A stretch of 64,000 bases of DNA from contig BFEA01000030.1 in NCBI GenBank assembly GCA_003427395.1, forward strand, positions 369,090 through 433,089, in the 5' to 3' direction. This stretch comes from Chara braunii. Taxonomy: Eukaryota > Plantae > Charophyceae. Made by a program: the position numbers and the translations under genes. The notes beneath the pieces are model-generated. The model did not search any database, was not told the origin of the DNA, and worked only from the letters and a program-made list of their open reading frames with translations. Below are positions 1-14,915 of this stretch, one piece after another. Numbering within the stretch: the first letter of the stretch is position 1; each line of letters begins with the position of its first letter.

Positions 1-165
1 GGGCTGCATGGGCAACCAAAGTGACCAGGACCGCCTGGTTGGTAACGCAGTTGAAAATGGGATTTGATGAAATGAAATGGAAATGGAAATGAAATGAGAA
101 CGAAATGCAAATGAAATGGATCAAAAAGTCGTCAAACTTACAAAAAAGAGGTTTGTCGACTGCAG

Positions 166-289
166 GCCTTGGTGGAAGCCGCCGTTGCTTACTGCGTGGT
201 TGGGGTCTGCTATGGCATACTTTCGACACATGACAAGAAACAACACCCTGACAATGGCGAGGCAGAATATCGTTGCACATTACGACTTG
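166..289 (+). CDS. cfa: CFA synthase-like exon a: [41 protein letters not shown]
   Basis: tgcAG acceptor at 164-165; GTgag donor at 290; NI..HYDL motif. Confidence 0.92.
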
Positions 290-3200
290 GTGAGATTCCA
301 TCGACGATAGGAACCTCTTTACGGGGCTGTGTTCTTTTCTGCTGCACCGCTCATCATAGTCTTTCACTCTCTGCATTCAGTGCTCTTAGGACTTACACAA
401 TCTACCCATCAGCTTTCTGGTCTGAACTTGCTCCCTCTCCTTCATTACCAGGTTTGTCTGAACGATCCTTACAATCCTTATTGAGTTTGTAAACATGCAG
501 TCTTCATTGGTCTGTATTGCTATTATATGTAAACTAGGATGCTGTTGATACGAGCTCTGGCTATGGTGTCCAAGTGTGTTCTTTTGACTCGCTGATCTTG
601 AATGCTCTCTGTGCTCACTATTTTAGTATTTTCAGTGTGTCCCACTCTCAGTGTGTTCACTGTATGAGCTTGCAACTATACACACATGCAGTGTACTTTG
701 CTAATTTTTGAAATGCGGTAGACGTTCCATAGTGCAATCAGACTCGACCTAGACTTGCTCACAACATGCATACACACGGACTGATGGCAAAACCAAACTC
801 TTAACTCAGAATCAACAATGAACTTGCACGTAAACTCTGTTCATTACAACTGTACAACTTGCGACTATGGCCGCTGAACACTGTCTCCACCACCAGCCTC
901 ACTCTCCCTCATGCACGCATGTACGAGGATCACCCTGAATGTCCACGCTACACAGACACACACACTCTGTACACTCTGTCTGCACCAACAGCTGAGCGGC
1001 TATGGCCGCCGTTGTCTTCCTCCTCCTAGCTATGGCCGCCGGTGTCCTCCTCACTGGCCAGCTATGGCCGCTGTCTTCCTCACTTCCCACTTCCTCTCCG
1101 GGCACCTGCAGACTTCCAAGCACAAGATACCAAGGCAGCTCTTCCGCATGGCTCACAGGCGAATGAATGAATGGCTGGACGCTGCCTCTTTATTTATACT
1201 TCACCGGAGGTGGATGGGCCCTGCCTCAAAACGCGTGGGCCTGGGCCTCTCCAAAACGTGTGAGCCCGGGCCTGGAAGTTTCCAAACCACGTGGGCCTCC
1301 TGGGCCAGAAAGCGCGGAACTCTCCGCGTGCTCCAGAACCTTCCCCACGTGCAGCCCGTACCCAGGTACCTGCTGACTGGACTGCTTACAGGGACCTACG
1401 ACCTTCTAGAGCCTACAGGTTTACAGACAGACTCTAGGCCCCCGTAGACCTAGGTAGAGCCTACTGGTAACAGACTCAACTCCTAACCTACAGACCTAGG
1501 GATCGACTCTCACACTGATCGCTGGGCCTATGTAGAGGGTACAGGGTAGGTCTAGGGATCGAATCTCACTCAGCACACAGGGCCAGTGTACAGGGTACAG
1601 GGTAGGTCTAGGGATCGAATCTCACTCAGCACACAGGGTCAATGTACAGGGTTTGGGCACCGGTCTAGGGATCAAATCTCTGTGTCTGCAAATGTCGGGT
1701 CAACTGGGTGAAACCGTTTCAGTAGGGACCCAAAATGGAGATAGGTTCAAATAGCACCTTTCTGTGACTTAATTCTTGCTTACTAGTGTTTTAAATCCAC
1801 CTTTGGTTGGTTTTCTCCAAGGAGAAATGGACCTCCAGCCTCCTTTTGTACGTCCTTCTCCTCCTCCCCCAAGTGGGAGACTGGAGCTTGAGTGGGAAAC
1901 CCAAACAAAAATGCAAAACGGATGAAAGAAACATGCACAGACCCAAAGTAGTCGTTTTTTTCTGGTGCGCTGTGTAAGGCATATTTCGTCGATATCGGAT
2001 GCCGACCGAAGTCAGGCACAAAGTGCAGCAAGACATATAGAAAATCCATGTTTTAGGTGTTTCAAAATACAGGACTTTCACAAAACGTATGTTTTGCAAG
2101 TATAAAGTTATCAGCTCAAGTCCGATCGTCTCCAATTTCCCTGTACATCACTCTCCGCCCAAAATGTACGCAGCAAAATTCAAACTTGGAACTAGAGCGC
2201 AAGTATTCAAGATCACGGGAACATGAGGTCTTCATTGGTCCTTGTTGGTTCCATGCATTGCGAAGTTCTTAATGGGGAAAAGCAAAAGGGAAACCGAAAA
2301 CAGAACAAAAAGAAAAAATGGAAGGATGTCAAAAGAAGCCGCAGTGGTCGCAGCAGCACAACAACGACAACAACGACAAAGGAGGACGAGGAGGAGGGGG
2401 AGGAGGAGGTGGCTTAGGATGGAATCTCTTGTGAATGCGAGGAGTGCCCTGCTTTGTTGACCAATCCTTTTACCAAATCAATTGCTAACGGGCGCCGCGG
2501 TCGACAGATTCGGTCGAGGAGTGTCCTGCTTTGTCGACAAAGTGTTTTTTTGGAATTTTCTCCAAATCAATTGCAAATGCGCACCGCGGTTGGCAGATTG
2601 GCTCTGACTAGTCAGGGTCCTGGTAATGGTCTGAGTACCGCTAGCAAGTTATATTTGTTGAGCTTACTCGTTGCATTTCGTTCGAGGACCTTCCTTTCTT
2701 TCCTCTTTTCACTTTTTTTTTTAAAGGGAGACAGCCTAGAGATACAATCGTTGAACTGACCGGTCCCAGGTAAGTTCAGAGTTATTACGCATCTGATTCC
2801 ATTGATCTCATTGGAATTTGAACTCATGTCTGTGTTTCAAAATTGCATACCAATTGAGCTAGTCCACCACTTGGTCCCTTTCCATTTGGCCTTCTGAGTG
2901 TTTTCCTTTGTCTTGACTCTTCTTACATCTTCTCTTTTCGAAGCCAAAAACAACGTCCTTTTTCTGAACCCTCACCACCCTTTAAACTGCGACAAGCACC
3001 TTCAGGTCAGTTTTGGGGGTAACGCAGGTTGAAAACAAAACATGGAAAAAAAGAAAAGGATTTCCGAAACAAACAAACAAACAAAAAAAAAAAAAAAACA
3101 AAAAAAAAAAAAAACACCTTAAGGTCAAAAGAAAAGGATTTAAAAAACATATTAAATTGTTGGGTACCCATTCTTGTTGACAATGACAGAGCAATGATAT

Positions 3201-5651
3201 GTTCAAGCTGTTTCTTGATGAGACAATGACCTACTCTTGTGCCATCTTCAAGGTATGATCAATCACTGCTGCTTCCTGTTGCTTCTCTTCCATGGCATAC
3301 CCTTGGCTTCCCTGTTTCCATTTTGTTTTCCTGTGCAAACAGCAGACAATCTTTGTCCTGTTTCAGAAATGTCAAAAAGTAGAGAGTTATAATTTTTCGC
3401 AATGATTGAACCAGAAGATATGCTATGGAGTACTGGGCTAGGGCATTGGACCTCTGCGATTCTCTCTTCCCGACTCGCCTTCCTGAACACCCCATCCGAC
3501 TCCTTCTATGGACTAACGTCCCCGCTCACTTCCACAAGACCGAGAGGATCTGGTTTGGAATGACCAGAAAGGTAACACTCTGGTCTATATGGTAGTAAAG
3601 GTGCAGCAGAACCATTGAAGGTCTCTCAACTCCAAGGGAGAAGCTATGGGCGGAAACAACGACATTGAATCAGGCAGAGATTGTATGCAAGTGGCAGAAA
3701 ACAAGACACTCCATGCTGGACGATGTGGACCAGCAGCAGAGAATCATGGTACGGGGGTTTGATCCCTCGGCATAACCGCATAAGGCCCTCCATCAGGCAC
3801 GTGCCCGCCCTAAGTGAAGGCGGGCCCCTCAACTCGTCAATTTTTGCAAATCTTGGTCGGCGCCAGAAAGTTGCCACGCACCAGTTGGTTACATCCGCCT
3901 TGCTCGTGAGAATCCGAAATATTCGTGAGCCTTCTAGGCTCTTCCGGCACGTGGTGTAAGCAGGGAGCACCACACGTTTGTGCCTGGGTGGTTGGGCATG
4001 CCTAACCAATTCGGTCCCAGGCCACTGTCTGAACGGGCCTGGGCGCAAACACTTTGGCCGAGACTGAAGCTATTGGAAACTCGATCTCATGTGGGAAGCG
4101 AGACAAAGCGCCTGCCACTTTCCATATAGGAAAGGGCAGGGCACCGGGGAAGGGATCGGGCACTTGTGAGCAGATGCAGCAGCGCTGCTGGAGCTAGCGC
4201 TTGCAGGCTGCTGCGCTAGTGCATAGGCAAGTGTGCGCGTGCGTGCGGTCATGCGAGAAGGCAGGGCGCTGCTGAGGGCAGCGCCATAGCCAGCCCCCAT
4301 TGTCAGGCTTGGCTTGGATTTAGCCAGTGGAGGTGGTGGTGGTCATTGTGTATGAGGGAGAAGACGTGGGTGAGAGAAGATGAGAGGGAGAGTGAGAGAT
4401 ATGAGGATGATGATGTGAGGGCACGTACCTTGTCTTGGCGATGGTCTACAAGGTAGACATCTTCATGCACTTCAGTTGTTGCTGTTGCCGTCAACGGTCA
4501 ACGGGATGCATTGTCAATTCGTAGGCTGTTAGTAGCTGTGTAGTAGTAGTCTGGGCGCTGAGCGCCAAGTAGGAGGAAGGGCTCTGGGTACATATGCTGG
4601 TGGTGGCGAGAGTATGCTCTCATTGACATTCGGATTCAGTACTTTGGTTCTCCATTGGTGGAATATCAGTGCATTTCTGCTTTCTGGACAGCGTTGGACT
4701 TTCTGGCCTTCAATGTGAATTTGCATTCTGAATTTCTGTCATTTCACCATCGCTCATTATCCTTGCAATGGATAAATTCACAAAGGAGTGGCTGGCAGGT
4801 GCCAAGGTAGCAGACATAAAGGACTCCCACATACGGTGGAAAGACTGGCACGATTCCGAAGCAGGTTTCAATGGCAGAGATGTCAGCCAGCAGATGGATA
4901 AGATCCATCACAGGCTACGTAAACTCCGTGGCAAAAGGTGTTGAATTTGCAAGTTCTGAGAATGTGGTTTCCTCATCTTCTACCCCTTTGCTTTCACGAT
5001 AGATATGACTGGCTCAGGAAATTGGACCTGAGAGGAAAGGTAGACGTAAGGCAAGCTGACAGTCAATGCTCCCCATAATGGATATGGAGCCAGGGCTATA
5101 AGGAATTGTTTGTTTTTTTTTTGTTTTTTTTAATGGAAAAAAATGAAAGCTGCCTTCTCCTCAAATGGGGGCCATTTTTTACTACTTATATTCTTTTCTG
5201 AGTTTTCTCTCAATATTCATTTTATCTCATACTACCTACCCCAAGCTATGTACTTGGGTTTAGGGTCTTCCTGCATTGGACAGAGGAACAGCCTTAAATA
5301 TACTAAGTTACTAACCAAGACTAAGCTATCATAAGGTTACGGGTCTATGCCTACCTAACTCTGCTCTGGGCTGGGAGCAGCACCCAAGCTCCTAACACCT
5401 CACCTGGCTCGGGCTGGAAAGACAGACTCAACTTCCACAACCAGCCAGCAGGGACGGGCTGACTTTCTCAGTCGGCGAACCCGAAGTATGCCACACAGGG
5501 GGTTGTGGTGGGGAATCGAACCCACAACTTCCTGTGTACCACTTACGTTTTTTTTTTTTTTTTTTTNNNNNNNNNNNNNNNNNNNNNNNNNNNNNNNNNN
5601 NNNNNNNNNNNNNNNNNNNNNNNNNNNNNNNNNNNNNNNNNNNNNNNNNNN

Positions 5652-5687
<36 letters not shown>

Positions 5688-8600
5688 CCCGTCTATGACA
5701 GATAGGGGGGATGGTAAGAGCATACCCTCCTATCTATCCTTCCGGGGGCTCCATTCTATTGGTGGGGTGCTGCACCTGCTGGAAAACGGGTCCAGCGTCC
5801 CTTACATCTGTCATTGATCAATCAATATTGCTTCCTCAACTTTTCCACCAAAGGATGCCTCTTCAGTCAAAATTTTGACCGCCAAATAAAAGTGATCTAT
5901 CTAGCATCCTTTGACTAAATTCTCCACTATTTATTCTCTCTCGTTAACCTTCTTCCCTTCCCCCAAACCAGTCCATATCTACCAAAGCAAGCTCAGACTG
6001 AGGAAAAGGGTCTGGAAAATAAGCTGGTGATCTCAAAGAAGCTCCCGGTTGGATGTCAAACCAGTTAAAAAAGTTTATCCGATAGTCCCTCCTGAACAAT
6101 ACCTGGTCCTCATCCTTCCCTGGCCAAATTACCTCTCCCAATTTCTCCCTTGACACATCCTCTAGCCATTCCAATTCGAATTCAAAAATACTTTGCTTAA
6201 TGTCTTGTTTTTGTTTTAATTGTAAAAGTTTGTTTTTCCACCTTTCCCATTGATCTCTGATTTCTGTCTAAATAAATTGTTGGATTACCTCTGTCGTTTC
6301 TTTTCCTTCCATCCTTACTTTTTCAATTGTTAATACACATCTTTTATGCCATAAAGCCCATAAAACTGCTTTTCTGCCTAATTGAAATAAATTTTGCTGA
6401 AATAGTGATAATTCAATTAATACTGGATTCCAGTATTGCTCTCCAATCCCATGGCCATTCTAGACCCGTAATCCTATTCCACACATAGTCCCACCGTCGC
6501 CATGTCAGAACAGAGCTCAGACATTGCAAGAAGATATGTTATATTGTTTCTCTTAATTTCCTACTAGGAAAAGCCTGGACACAGGAGATACACCAAGGTA
6601 ATGCTACACCTTTTTGTTCCAGTGAAGAATGATCTATTAACCAATCATTTGTTGGTAAACACCTATGTATTATCTGCCATTGTAAGGATGCAAACTTGGC
6701 AGGCCTTTCCTTTAAACTTTGAAACCATCTTATTTGCTTAATCAAATCCACATCTATGTTAAGATGCCTACACCACCGTTCTCTTATAATATCAAGCACT
6801 TCTATTTTAGGACGCAGTAATCGATAAGATGCTTTAACTGACAAGGACTGTAATCTTAGGGGTTCACTCCTCTTGTTCATCCGCCAGACCCACTCGTCCG
6901 GATCTAGTGGTAGATCCAGAATAGGAATATGTGGGAGAAACATTGTCCATTCTTTCGTTGAGGTACAGTATAAGGTTCTTATTCTGTACATTTCATAAAA
7001 AAGGGAAAATGATACTTTATCCTGATCCTTATTCGGGATCGTATTATCCTTGCGGATCTTAAATACATTCACCAATGCTCCCTCTTTGTGAACCTCCAAG
7101 ATTTGACCCACTGTCTTTATCCCATCCTGCATATTCATACACACCCAATCTGTCGTCCTAAAAACCAGTCATTTTTTTAATGCCATTCTCCATGCCAGAG
7201 GAACAGCAGATACTAAATTCTCCATATTTTCCTGTAATTTGTGTGCATATTTAATCTCATTTCTGAGTTTATCCACTGTCTTCCAGTTTTGGGTCTCCTG
7301 GTCCCATAAATCTTTGATTCTTAAAATACCATGTTTTACCCACGTAGCCCATGGAGATTCTGAACTGATAAAGACTCTACTCTGTTGATCAGTGAGCCAT
7401 CTATTCCCAAACAGTGGTTGCCTCAATACTTCCTCATATCTTGATGAAGAAGTTTTATTTGGCAATAGTAGTTCCCGCCAAGTTTTCAATAAGCTTGCCC
7501 AGAAGCTGTCCAATACTAAATCCTTTCTGACCGCTCCTCTTGCTCCATCTCCTTTGTGGTTTAAATGGGGTCGAGGAATAGTCCAAAATCTATCTTCAAC
7601 CCATTCCAGTGGGTGTACTTCCTTGATTGTTCTAGGTGCCAATCTACGTATTTGTTCTAAAGCCAGGTCCCTCCATGGAATATCCATAGTCAGAATTAAC
7701 CTTTTCATTACCTGAAGGGACAATGCTTGACCTTGAATTTTAGGGTCGATAATACCCAATCCTCCTTTATTTTTTGGTTGAATTAATGTTGTCCAAACCA
7801 CTCTTGGAATCACATGTGGTGTTTCATGATCTCCCCGCCATAGGAAGGCTATTAGCTGCCTTTGTAGTTCTTTGACTGGTTTCTTGTTTAATGTCCAAAG
7901 AAAGGATTTGTACCAGATCGAGGCTAAAACCACATTGTTTATTATTATTGCTCTGCCAAAAATTGATGTATGTTTATTTTTCCATAGTCTCATTTTTTCT
8001 ATCGCAGGGGAAGAAATCCATATATCATTTGTGACCGTTTTTCCTTGTGCTGTGAGAATTACTCCTAGAACCCTGATAGGGACCTCCTCGGGGACCAACT
8101 TGATTCTAGGATTCTCTGGTGGCCTCACCCCCTGAGAGTGAATCCACCATCCCGGCGTTTTGTTGCCCCAATTTACTAGCATATCTGACAAAGCAGAAAA
8201 CTTATCCATTAATGCTTTGATTTCCTCAAGATTTGACGAAGTCGCCTCCATCATTATGGTTAAGTCGTCTGCAAACATCGAATAGATTGGAATTGCTTCA
8301 TCAGGTATGTTGGCAATCTTTATGCGTTGTATATTATGATTTTTCCTAAGATTTGCCCCTAGAGCTTCCATTATGATTACGAATAAGAACGGGGCTAGGG
8401 GATCTCCTTGTCTTACAGATCTTTGGGGCGGGATTTCAGGGACGAGCAACCCATTCACTTGGATCCTTGTGGTGGCATTAGCATGGAGGATTTGCACCCA
8501 CTTTCTGAGTGTGGGTCCAAACCCTATCTTAATTAGACATGCTTCTAGGAAACGCCAATCTACGTGATCATATGCTTTTTCAAAATCTATGAATATAAAT

Positions 8601-11600
8601 GCTGCTCTTTGTTGATTTTGTCGAGACAACTTGATCATTTCATTAACCAATAACACATTATCCTGTATATTTCTCCTATGTATAAACCCTGTTTGAGACG
8701 GATGGATTATATCTGTCATTATCGGAATCAAACGGTTCGCTATTGCTTTTGCTAGCATTTTATAGACCACTGTCAATAATGTAATTGGCCTATAATCCCT
8801 TATGTTGGTTTTCTCTCCTTTTTTATATAACAAAGTTAGAATTCCTTGACCCACAATTTCCCCTATACTACCTGAGTCTTGAACTTGATTATAGTATTGC
8901 ATAAGGTCTTCTGCAAAAGTTGACCACATTGCTTCCCAGAATTCTTTCGGAAGACCATCTATTCCTGGGGTTTTATCCTCCATTTGTAAAAGTGTCGTCC
9001 AAATTTCATCCTTGCTTATTGGTGCTTCCAACCTTTCCTTCTGTTCTTGAGATAGGTGTTGTGTTAATGGTTCTAGGTACTCCTGGGTTTCCTGTTGCGC
9101 CCTTTCCTGATCCAGCGTAGATGTATAAAGATTCTTAAAGAAATCATATGCGACTTTCAAACTACCACCTGATGAGACTGACTCTAAATGAGGAGATTGA
9201 TTCGGGTCTATCAAGGCTTCTATATTTGTCCTTCTTACCCTTGCCTTAGCGAGAGCAAAAAAGGAGGAATTCATTTGTCCTTCCGACTGATGTCTAGATA
9301 ACTTACTTCTTACAAGAAAGCCTTGCCACCTATTTTGGGCAAAGGAAAGGAGTTGATTTCTCAATTCCTGAATTTCTCTCGATTGAGTGATTTCTTCCGA
9401 TGATTCCTGTTTTTCATATTGAAGAATTTTTTCCTGAACTTCCATTTCCTGTGCATATTTTTGTTTAGCGATTAATTTAGAAAATTCATTACATTTTTTT
9501 GACAAATACACTAATCCATTATTGAACCATTCTATATAAGACTCATGTCTATTTTCCGTGGTATGCCAAAATTTCCATACCTCCTTAATGTATGTTCTAA
9601 AATCCTCCCTTTTCAAAAGGGATATGTTGAGTTTGTAAAAACTTTTGCCTTGATCTGTTTTTTTTTGAAAGGTCAACAAAATTGCACACATTTTATGATC
9701 TGCTCCCGGCCATGGACTTTGAGGAAAAATATTAGCCCCTACCAATGTGTGATCTAGGTCTTTTGACATAAGTATCAAGTCTAGTCTAGATCTGGATAGA
9801 TGAGGGGTGCCAATATTCCTAATACATGTGAAAAGTCGTTCTTGTGGAAAGATCCTACATAGGGCATGGCGACGGGATCTTCCACCTATCCATCCACCTG
9901 TCTGGTGCTGCATTGAAATCTCCTGCTATTATGACTGGTAAACCGTTTGGGATATAATTTCGAATATCCTAAAAAAATTGTTTTCGCTTTTGCACCTCAT
10001 TAGGTCCGTATATGTTGAGTACACATACTACTTCTATTTCCAGCATAACCAGCGCTGCAACCCATCTTCCATTTTCCTGGTCAGCTTCCCAATGAATAAT
10101 GTCTGCCCTGGAATCCGGGGGAATCCATATTGCCACTCCTGCTGAACTATTCCTCGTCGCATAAGCTTGATATTTATGATAGGGCCAAATCAGGTTATGT
10201 GCTCGATTATGAGTTGGGGAGTCTATAAGATGGGTTTCTTGAATACATATCAGGTTTGGCCATGATCTTCTTCCCACCCCCTTAAATTGTTCTATACTTG
10301 CTCTGCTTTTCAGTGCATCTGCTGTGGCCAGACCATTAACATTGAGAGACCTTAAATCTAGATCCGTTGTTCGTGTAGCTCTTTGCCAGGATGGGTTCTT
10401 ACCATACCATGCTTGTATTGCATCCATCCTGCCATAATATATTAATTAATGTAATTGAACTATAATCTGACCCATCCTTCCCCTTCCAACACTGATAGCG
10501 AGGAGAGAAGTTCATTGCGAAGAATGGCACAAAAAAAAGTTGTCACCTCTGCTACTGACCACACCACATTGGCCTTTATCTTAAGTTGCTGCATTTCTAG
10601 CAAGGCCGCATGGGAGTACCATTTAAGCCCAGATTCCTTATTGTCCTCAAAACGTACAAAGGTATCCCGTTTCGCCATTTTGGCCCGATCTCCCATTAGT
10701 GTGAGAGTCGCTTGTGGTCCTGGATCATAATGCTTGGACAGGAAGTCATGCAGATCTCTTTTGAAGGTCCTATCTCCCGGACTTTGATATCCTACATGCG
10801 TACTCCAACCTCTCAGAGTCACCCCACCATATTGGTCCTGTCCTATTGGAGAGAGACCAATTTCCCATTTCCCTCCTTTCTTCCTGACTGGAATTACTAA
10901 ATTGCCTCTTGGAGGGGATAAACCTTCAACGTGTCCTTTTTCTAGTGCATGACGCATCTTTTTTCTTTTGCCTAGATCCACTCCCTCTTTTATCATATGA
11001 TTTGATGCCCGTATACTATCTTCTTTTGCATCATTCTTTTGCTCGAGGGATGCTGGATTTGGGTTCTCACTCCTTTTTTCTTTAACTTCTTTAACTTTTC
11101 CCCCTTCTTTTCTTACCTTATCGTTATCTTGCTCTATATGGAAGGCGTCATATTGTTCTTTCTCTCTAATTTCCTCCACTATTACCTCTCCTCCTTCCCC
11201 CTTTATTTTACCTGAATCATTGTTATTGTTGTTCTCCAAGGACTCATTAAATTGCGAATCTCCTTGTGTCTCCTCCTCCTCCGTACTCAAGATACTATTC
11301 CCTTCTCTTGATACTTTTTCCTTAGGAACTGGGGGCTGAAACATTTTTGCTACAATACCCAAAATTCTTTGGCTTACTATTGACCAACAAGCCCCTTCGG
11401 GTAAACCTTTTTCTACCACTTACGTGCTCAACCAACTGTGCTAGGTCGCTTGGCCTCATAAGGACCTGTTTTATTAACAAAAATAAATAAATTCCAATGC
11501 TGCAGCAGGAAACTTCAGAAAGACGAAGTCCTTAGGCAACCTCTCTTCGGCAACCCACTGATTAGGAACGATAAAAGGGAAAGCCTCACACTCTCAAAAT

Positions 11601-14600
11601 CAGAACCCAAATGGGGACATTGGCTTGAAAAGGGAATATGGCAAATCAAGCACATTTGGGACGAATCAAGCAAAACCTGGAAAACAGAAAGAGACCTACG
11701 AGAACAACTTAAAGGAGTACACCACTTACAAACTAACTTAACTGACATCATAGACTGCATCCCCCTACACTGGCGGGGCGTACTAAAATCAAAACAAGAA
11801 TGGCAATTTGGAGACTGGGCCACCACCATCGACTCCCCATTAATCTAGGAAGTCCTCGAATTCAAGAACTACGAACCCCACAACAAGAAATGGATATGCT
11901 GTGACATACACACCCTAGAAGAACCAGGAAACACGGTAAGCTATATCAATACAAAGAGCAGAGTAGAAGGAGCATTCAAAAGCAACAACCTACGAAGAAT
12001 CAAAATCTTAGAAGGAGAAAGAAAAAGAGTTTAGAAACAACATATTAACGTCAGCGACCTAGAGATTGATCCCACAGAATGGACATGGATCTCCACTTCC
12101 GGTTCCACCCTCATCCCCAACTCTTGCAAACTAACTGACTACACACCCAAACTAAGCTATCGTCTTTTCACCAAACCCATTTCGATATCCAACACAAAAC
12201 GCAACAGGTGGACAAAGGAGGAGCCACAATTAGCTAACACTCACTTCAAACTTCCCTGGGCAACAGTACTATCCACAAGACCGTTTAAGCTAGCTAGCCT
12301 GAGATGGCTAATAGCCTTTAGAGCAGTCCCAGTAAATAAATGGTTGGCCATCAGACACAACCAAGGAAACAGATCTGAACAGGATTACTGGTGTAAGGTA
12401 TGCAACCTCGACATCCCAGAAACCCTAAACCACTGTTTCATGGACTGCCCAAAGGCAAGATCCCTCTGGGAACCCCAAGAATCATCACGGCTTAAAATCT
12501 CAGACTCTCCCATACTAATTAACCCCGCCACACTATTCCTCGACCTCAACCAATTACCCCCGCTCAAAGGATTCGAAGCCTTCCTCGCCTCCCAAATCAA
12601 GAAAAGCACCCTATGGGCCATATGGAAAAACAGATGTGACAACACCTTCGACGACCGACTCACCACCCCCGAAAACCCACTCATCATTATCCAACAACTA
12701 ATAGACACCGAAATCCCCGCCCTATGGAAAAAGCAACTCAAGAATCTCCCAACTGACCCAGACAAAAAAAATCGAATAATCCAAAAATTCGCCATCTCCA
12801 AACTAGGCAATGGGCTGCTTGGCATAATTAACAACGGCAGACTAATTCTCAAGAACTGGCCAACCATAACGCAGATATAATGCTTCCACACAACCTCCCC
12901 ACCCCACACACAATCATCCACAATCCACCCTAACATCACTTGCCCACCACCGAACCATCCAAAACCCCTCGCCCCCCATCAGCCCCATTCCTTCCCCCCA
13001 CCTCGCCCTCCACACCCGCAAGCGTCTGTTCCCACACCAACACAATCCCCGACATTCCTCCCGCTCCACCCACTCCCTCCTTACAATACCTGTGTACCAT
13101 GATAAATTCACAATCCCCAAACCGGCCACCCGCCAGAACTCAACAACACCCCCTGCCAAGTTCAACCCCACCCTAAGCCAAACCGTCCCCTTCAAGAGAC
13201 ATCTAGATCTCAGATTATACCCCCCAATCTCTTCAAGCTATGATACAAATACGATCCCCGAAGATAAGTTACAGTCAACAATGTGCTGAGACGGGCGTGG
13301 TCCTATATAAACCTACTAGTTTATCGAGAACATTATCGAATGATGATTCGTGGCGGAGAGCCGAAGTACCAAGTCAGGGTTAGGGTTCTAGCACCAATCA
13401 TGAGACAAATCCAGGTTCCCAGTAAAACAGGCTAACTTAGGCAGGGGTGAAGGGTGGTACATTTTTCCCTCGGGAAGTAATCAATGGCGTCCTTCGGGCC
13501 TCCACACCACAAGGGGGAGGAGCGTGAGTGTGTATATCTTGTAATCTTTTCCGACTTGCCGGTGGAATAGGAACCGGACTGACGCTCCCCAGAATGGATA
13601 AGGAGCCGGAACCTTAAGGTTCCGTTTACCGGAAAAAAAATAAGGCCTCGTATATTTCCTGCACAGTCTCTCTGGCTGCACTGTTTTTTTAGCTTCCTAT
13701 TTCTGCCTGTTTCAGTACTTGATTGAATTTGATTCCACTAAATTTCAGTAAAATAAGGCCTTTATCCTCCAGCATGGATAGGTTGGTTTCATTCTTAGTT
13801 CTTGATCCAGATCCATCTGTCTGTCTGTCTGCCTCTGTTTCTGTTTCTGTTTCTGTTTCTGTTTCTGTTTCTGTTTCTGTCTCTGTCTCTGTCTCTGTCT
13901 CCGTCTGTCCGTCCATCCGTCCGTCCGTCTGTCTCTGTCTCTGCCTCTGTCACTGGCTCTGTCTGTGTCTGTCTGTTCTTCCATCCCTCTGTCCGTCGGT
14001 GGAAGGAAACATTTTCACTGCCCAAGGAACGGAGAAACGGGAGGAATGCTAAGAGCTTGTGGCTTGTTGCTCTTTTGTCACACAGGATCCCAGTGAGAGC
14101 TTGAAAACTGCACAGCTGAGGAAACTTCATGCTCTCATTGATAAGGTGGGTTTCTTCTCTTTCAAGTTTCCAACTTTCCACTGAGTTCAAAAGATGTTTG
14201 ACCCTATGGACTCGTCCTCACCCCTATAGAAATTGCAAATACGATCTGGGTCACATCCTGCCCAATGACTCAATCATCTATGACACCCTTGACTCATCTC
14301 CACAGCAATAGAAATTGCTAATCATCATAATGCAGCAATCTGGGCAGTGGGATGGCCAACAGCTCCGATGTGCGGCCAATCGCAAAATCTAAGATGGGCT
14401 ATGCATATGGGATGTTTGGGCTCCGGACAGCCCAGATCCACGGGCAGTCCTTTGGTTATCATCCACAGATCTGGGCCGTCGGCCAGTGCACATTGGTGAT
14501 CGCTGGCCCAGCTTGCGAAGCCGGTCGTGCATCTCAGAAGTCCAGGCTCACAAACAGCCCAGATGTGCCGCTGCTCTTAGTTTCTGGAGAATGAGCTGCC

Positions 14601-14831
14601 AATAGGCATAGGCAAAAGTTGGGAAACACTCTCCACAGAACATTTGTCAAAGCAACACAAATTTGGTCTTGCTGAATGGACACCCTCTCTCTCCTGTTTC
14701 TAGACGCTCACTGGTGTGTTGTCTACCACTCTGTCACCTACCCTTCCCAGTGGCTACTGCCTCACTCCCTCACCTCTCTCTCTCTCCCTCTCTCTCNNNN
14801 NNNNNNNNNNNNNNNNNNNNNNNNNNNNNNN

Positions 14832-14915
<84 letters not shown>

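Larger units (their letters stand above)
5549..11413 (-). mobile_element. L1/Tx1-clade non-LTR retrotransposon, 5'-truncated within ORF1, with poly(A) tail and 12-bp TSD
   Basis: TSD TACCACTTACGT at 5537-5548 and 11414-11425; poly-T at 5549-5682 (contains an N gap); ORF1 part followed by APE, RT and C-terminal Cys/His domains. Confidence 0.93.
5330..11449 (-). mobile_element. tRNA-derived SINE-like element, split by the LINE insertion into 11426-11449 and about 5330-5548
   Basis: Rejoined minus strand reads GCGACCTAGCACAGTTGGTTGAGCACGTAAGTGGTACACAGGAAGTTGTGGGTTCGATTCCCC, with Pol III A box (TAGCACAGTTGG) and B box (GGTTCGATTCC); 3' boundary uncertain. Confidence 0.6.

Noticed and set aside
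1535-1680. CRISPR-like repeat array
   Set aside because: Plain tandem repeats without unique spacers, in a eukaryotic LTR context with no cas genes.
13429-13625. Known ribozyme (hammerhead, HDV-like or twister) in the LINE 3' module
   Set aside because: Could not find the catalytic core consensus of any of these by eye.
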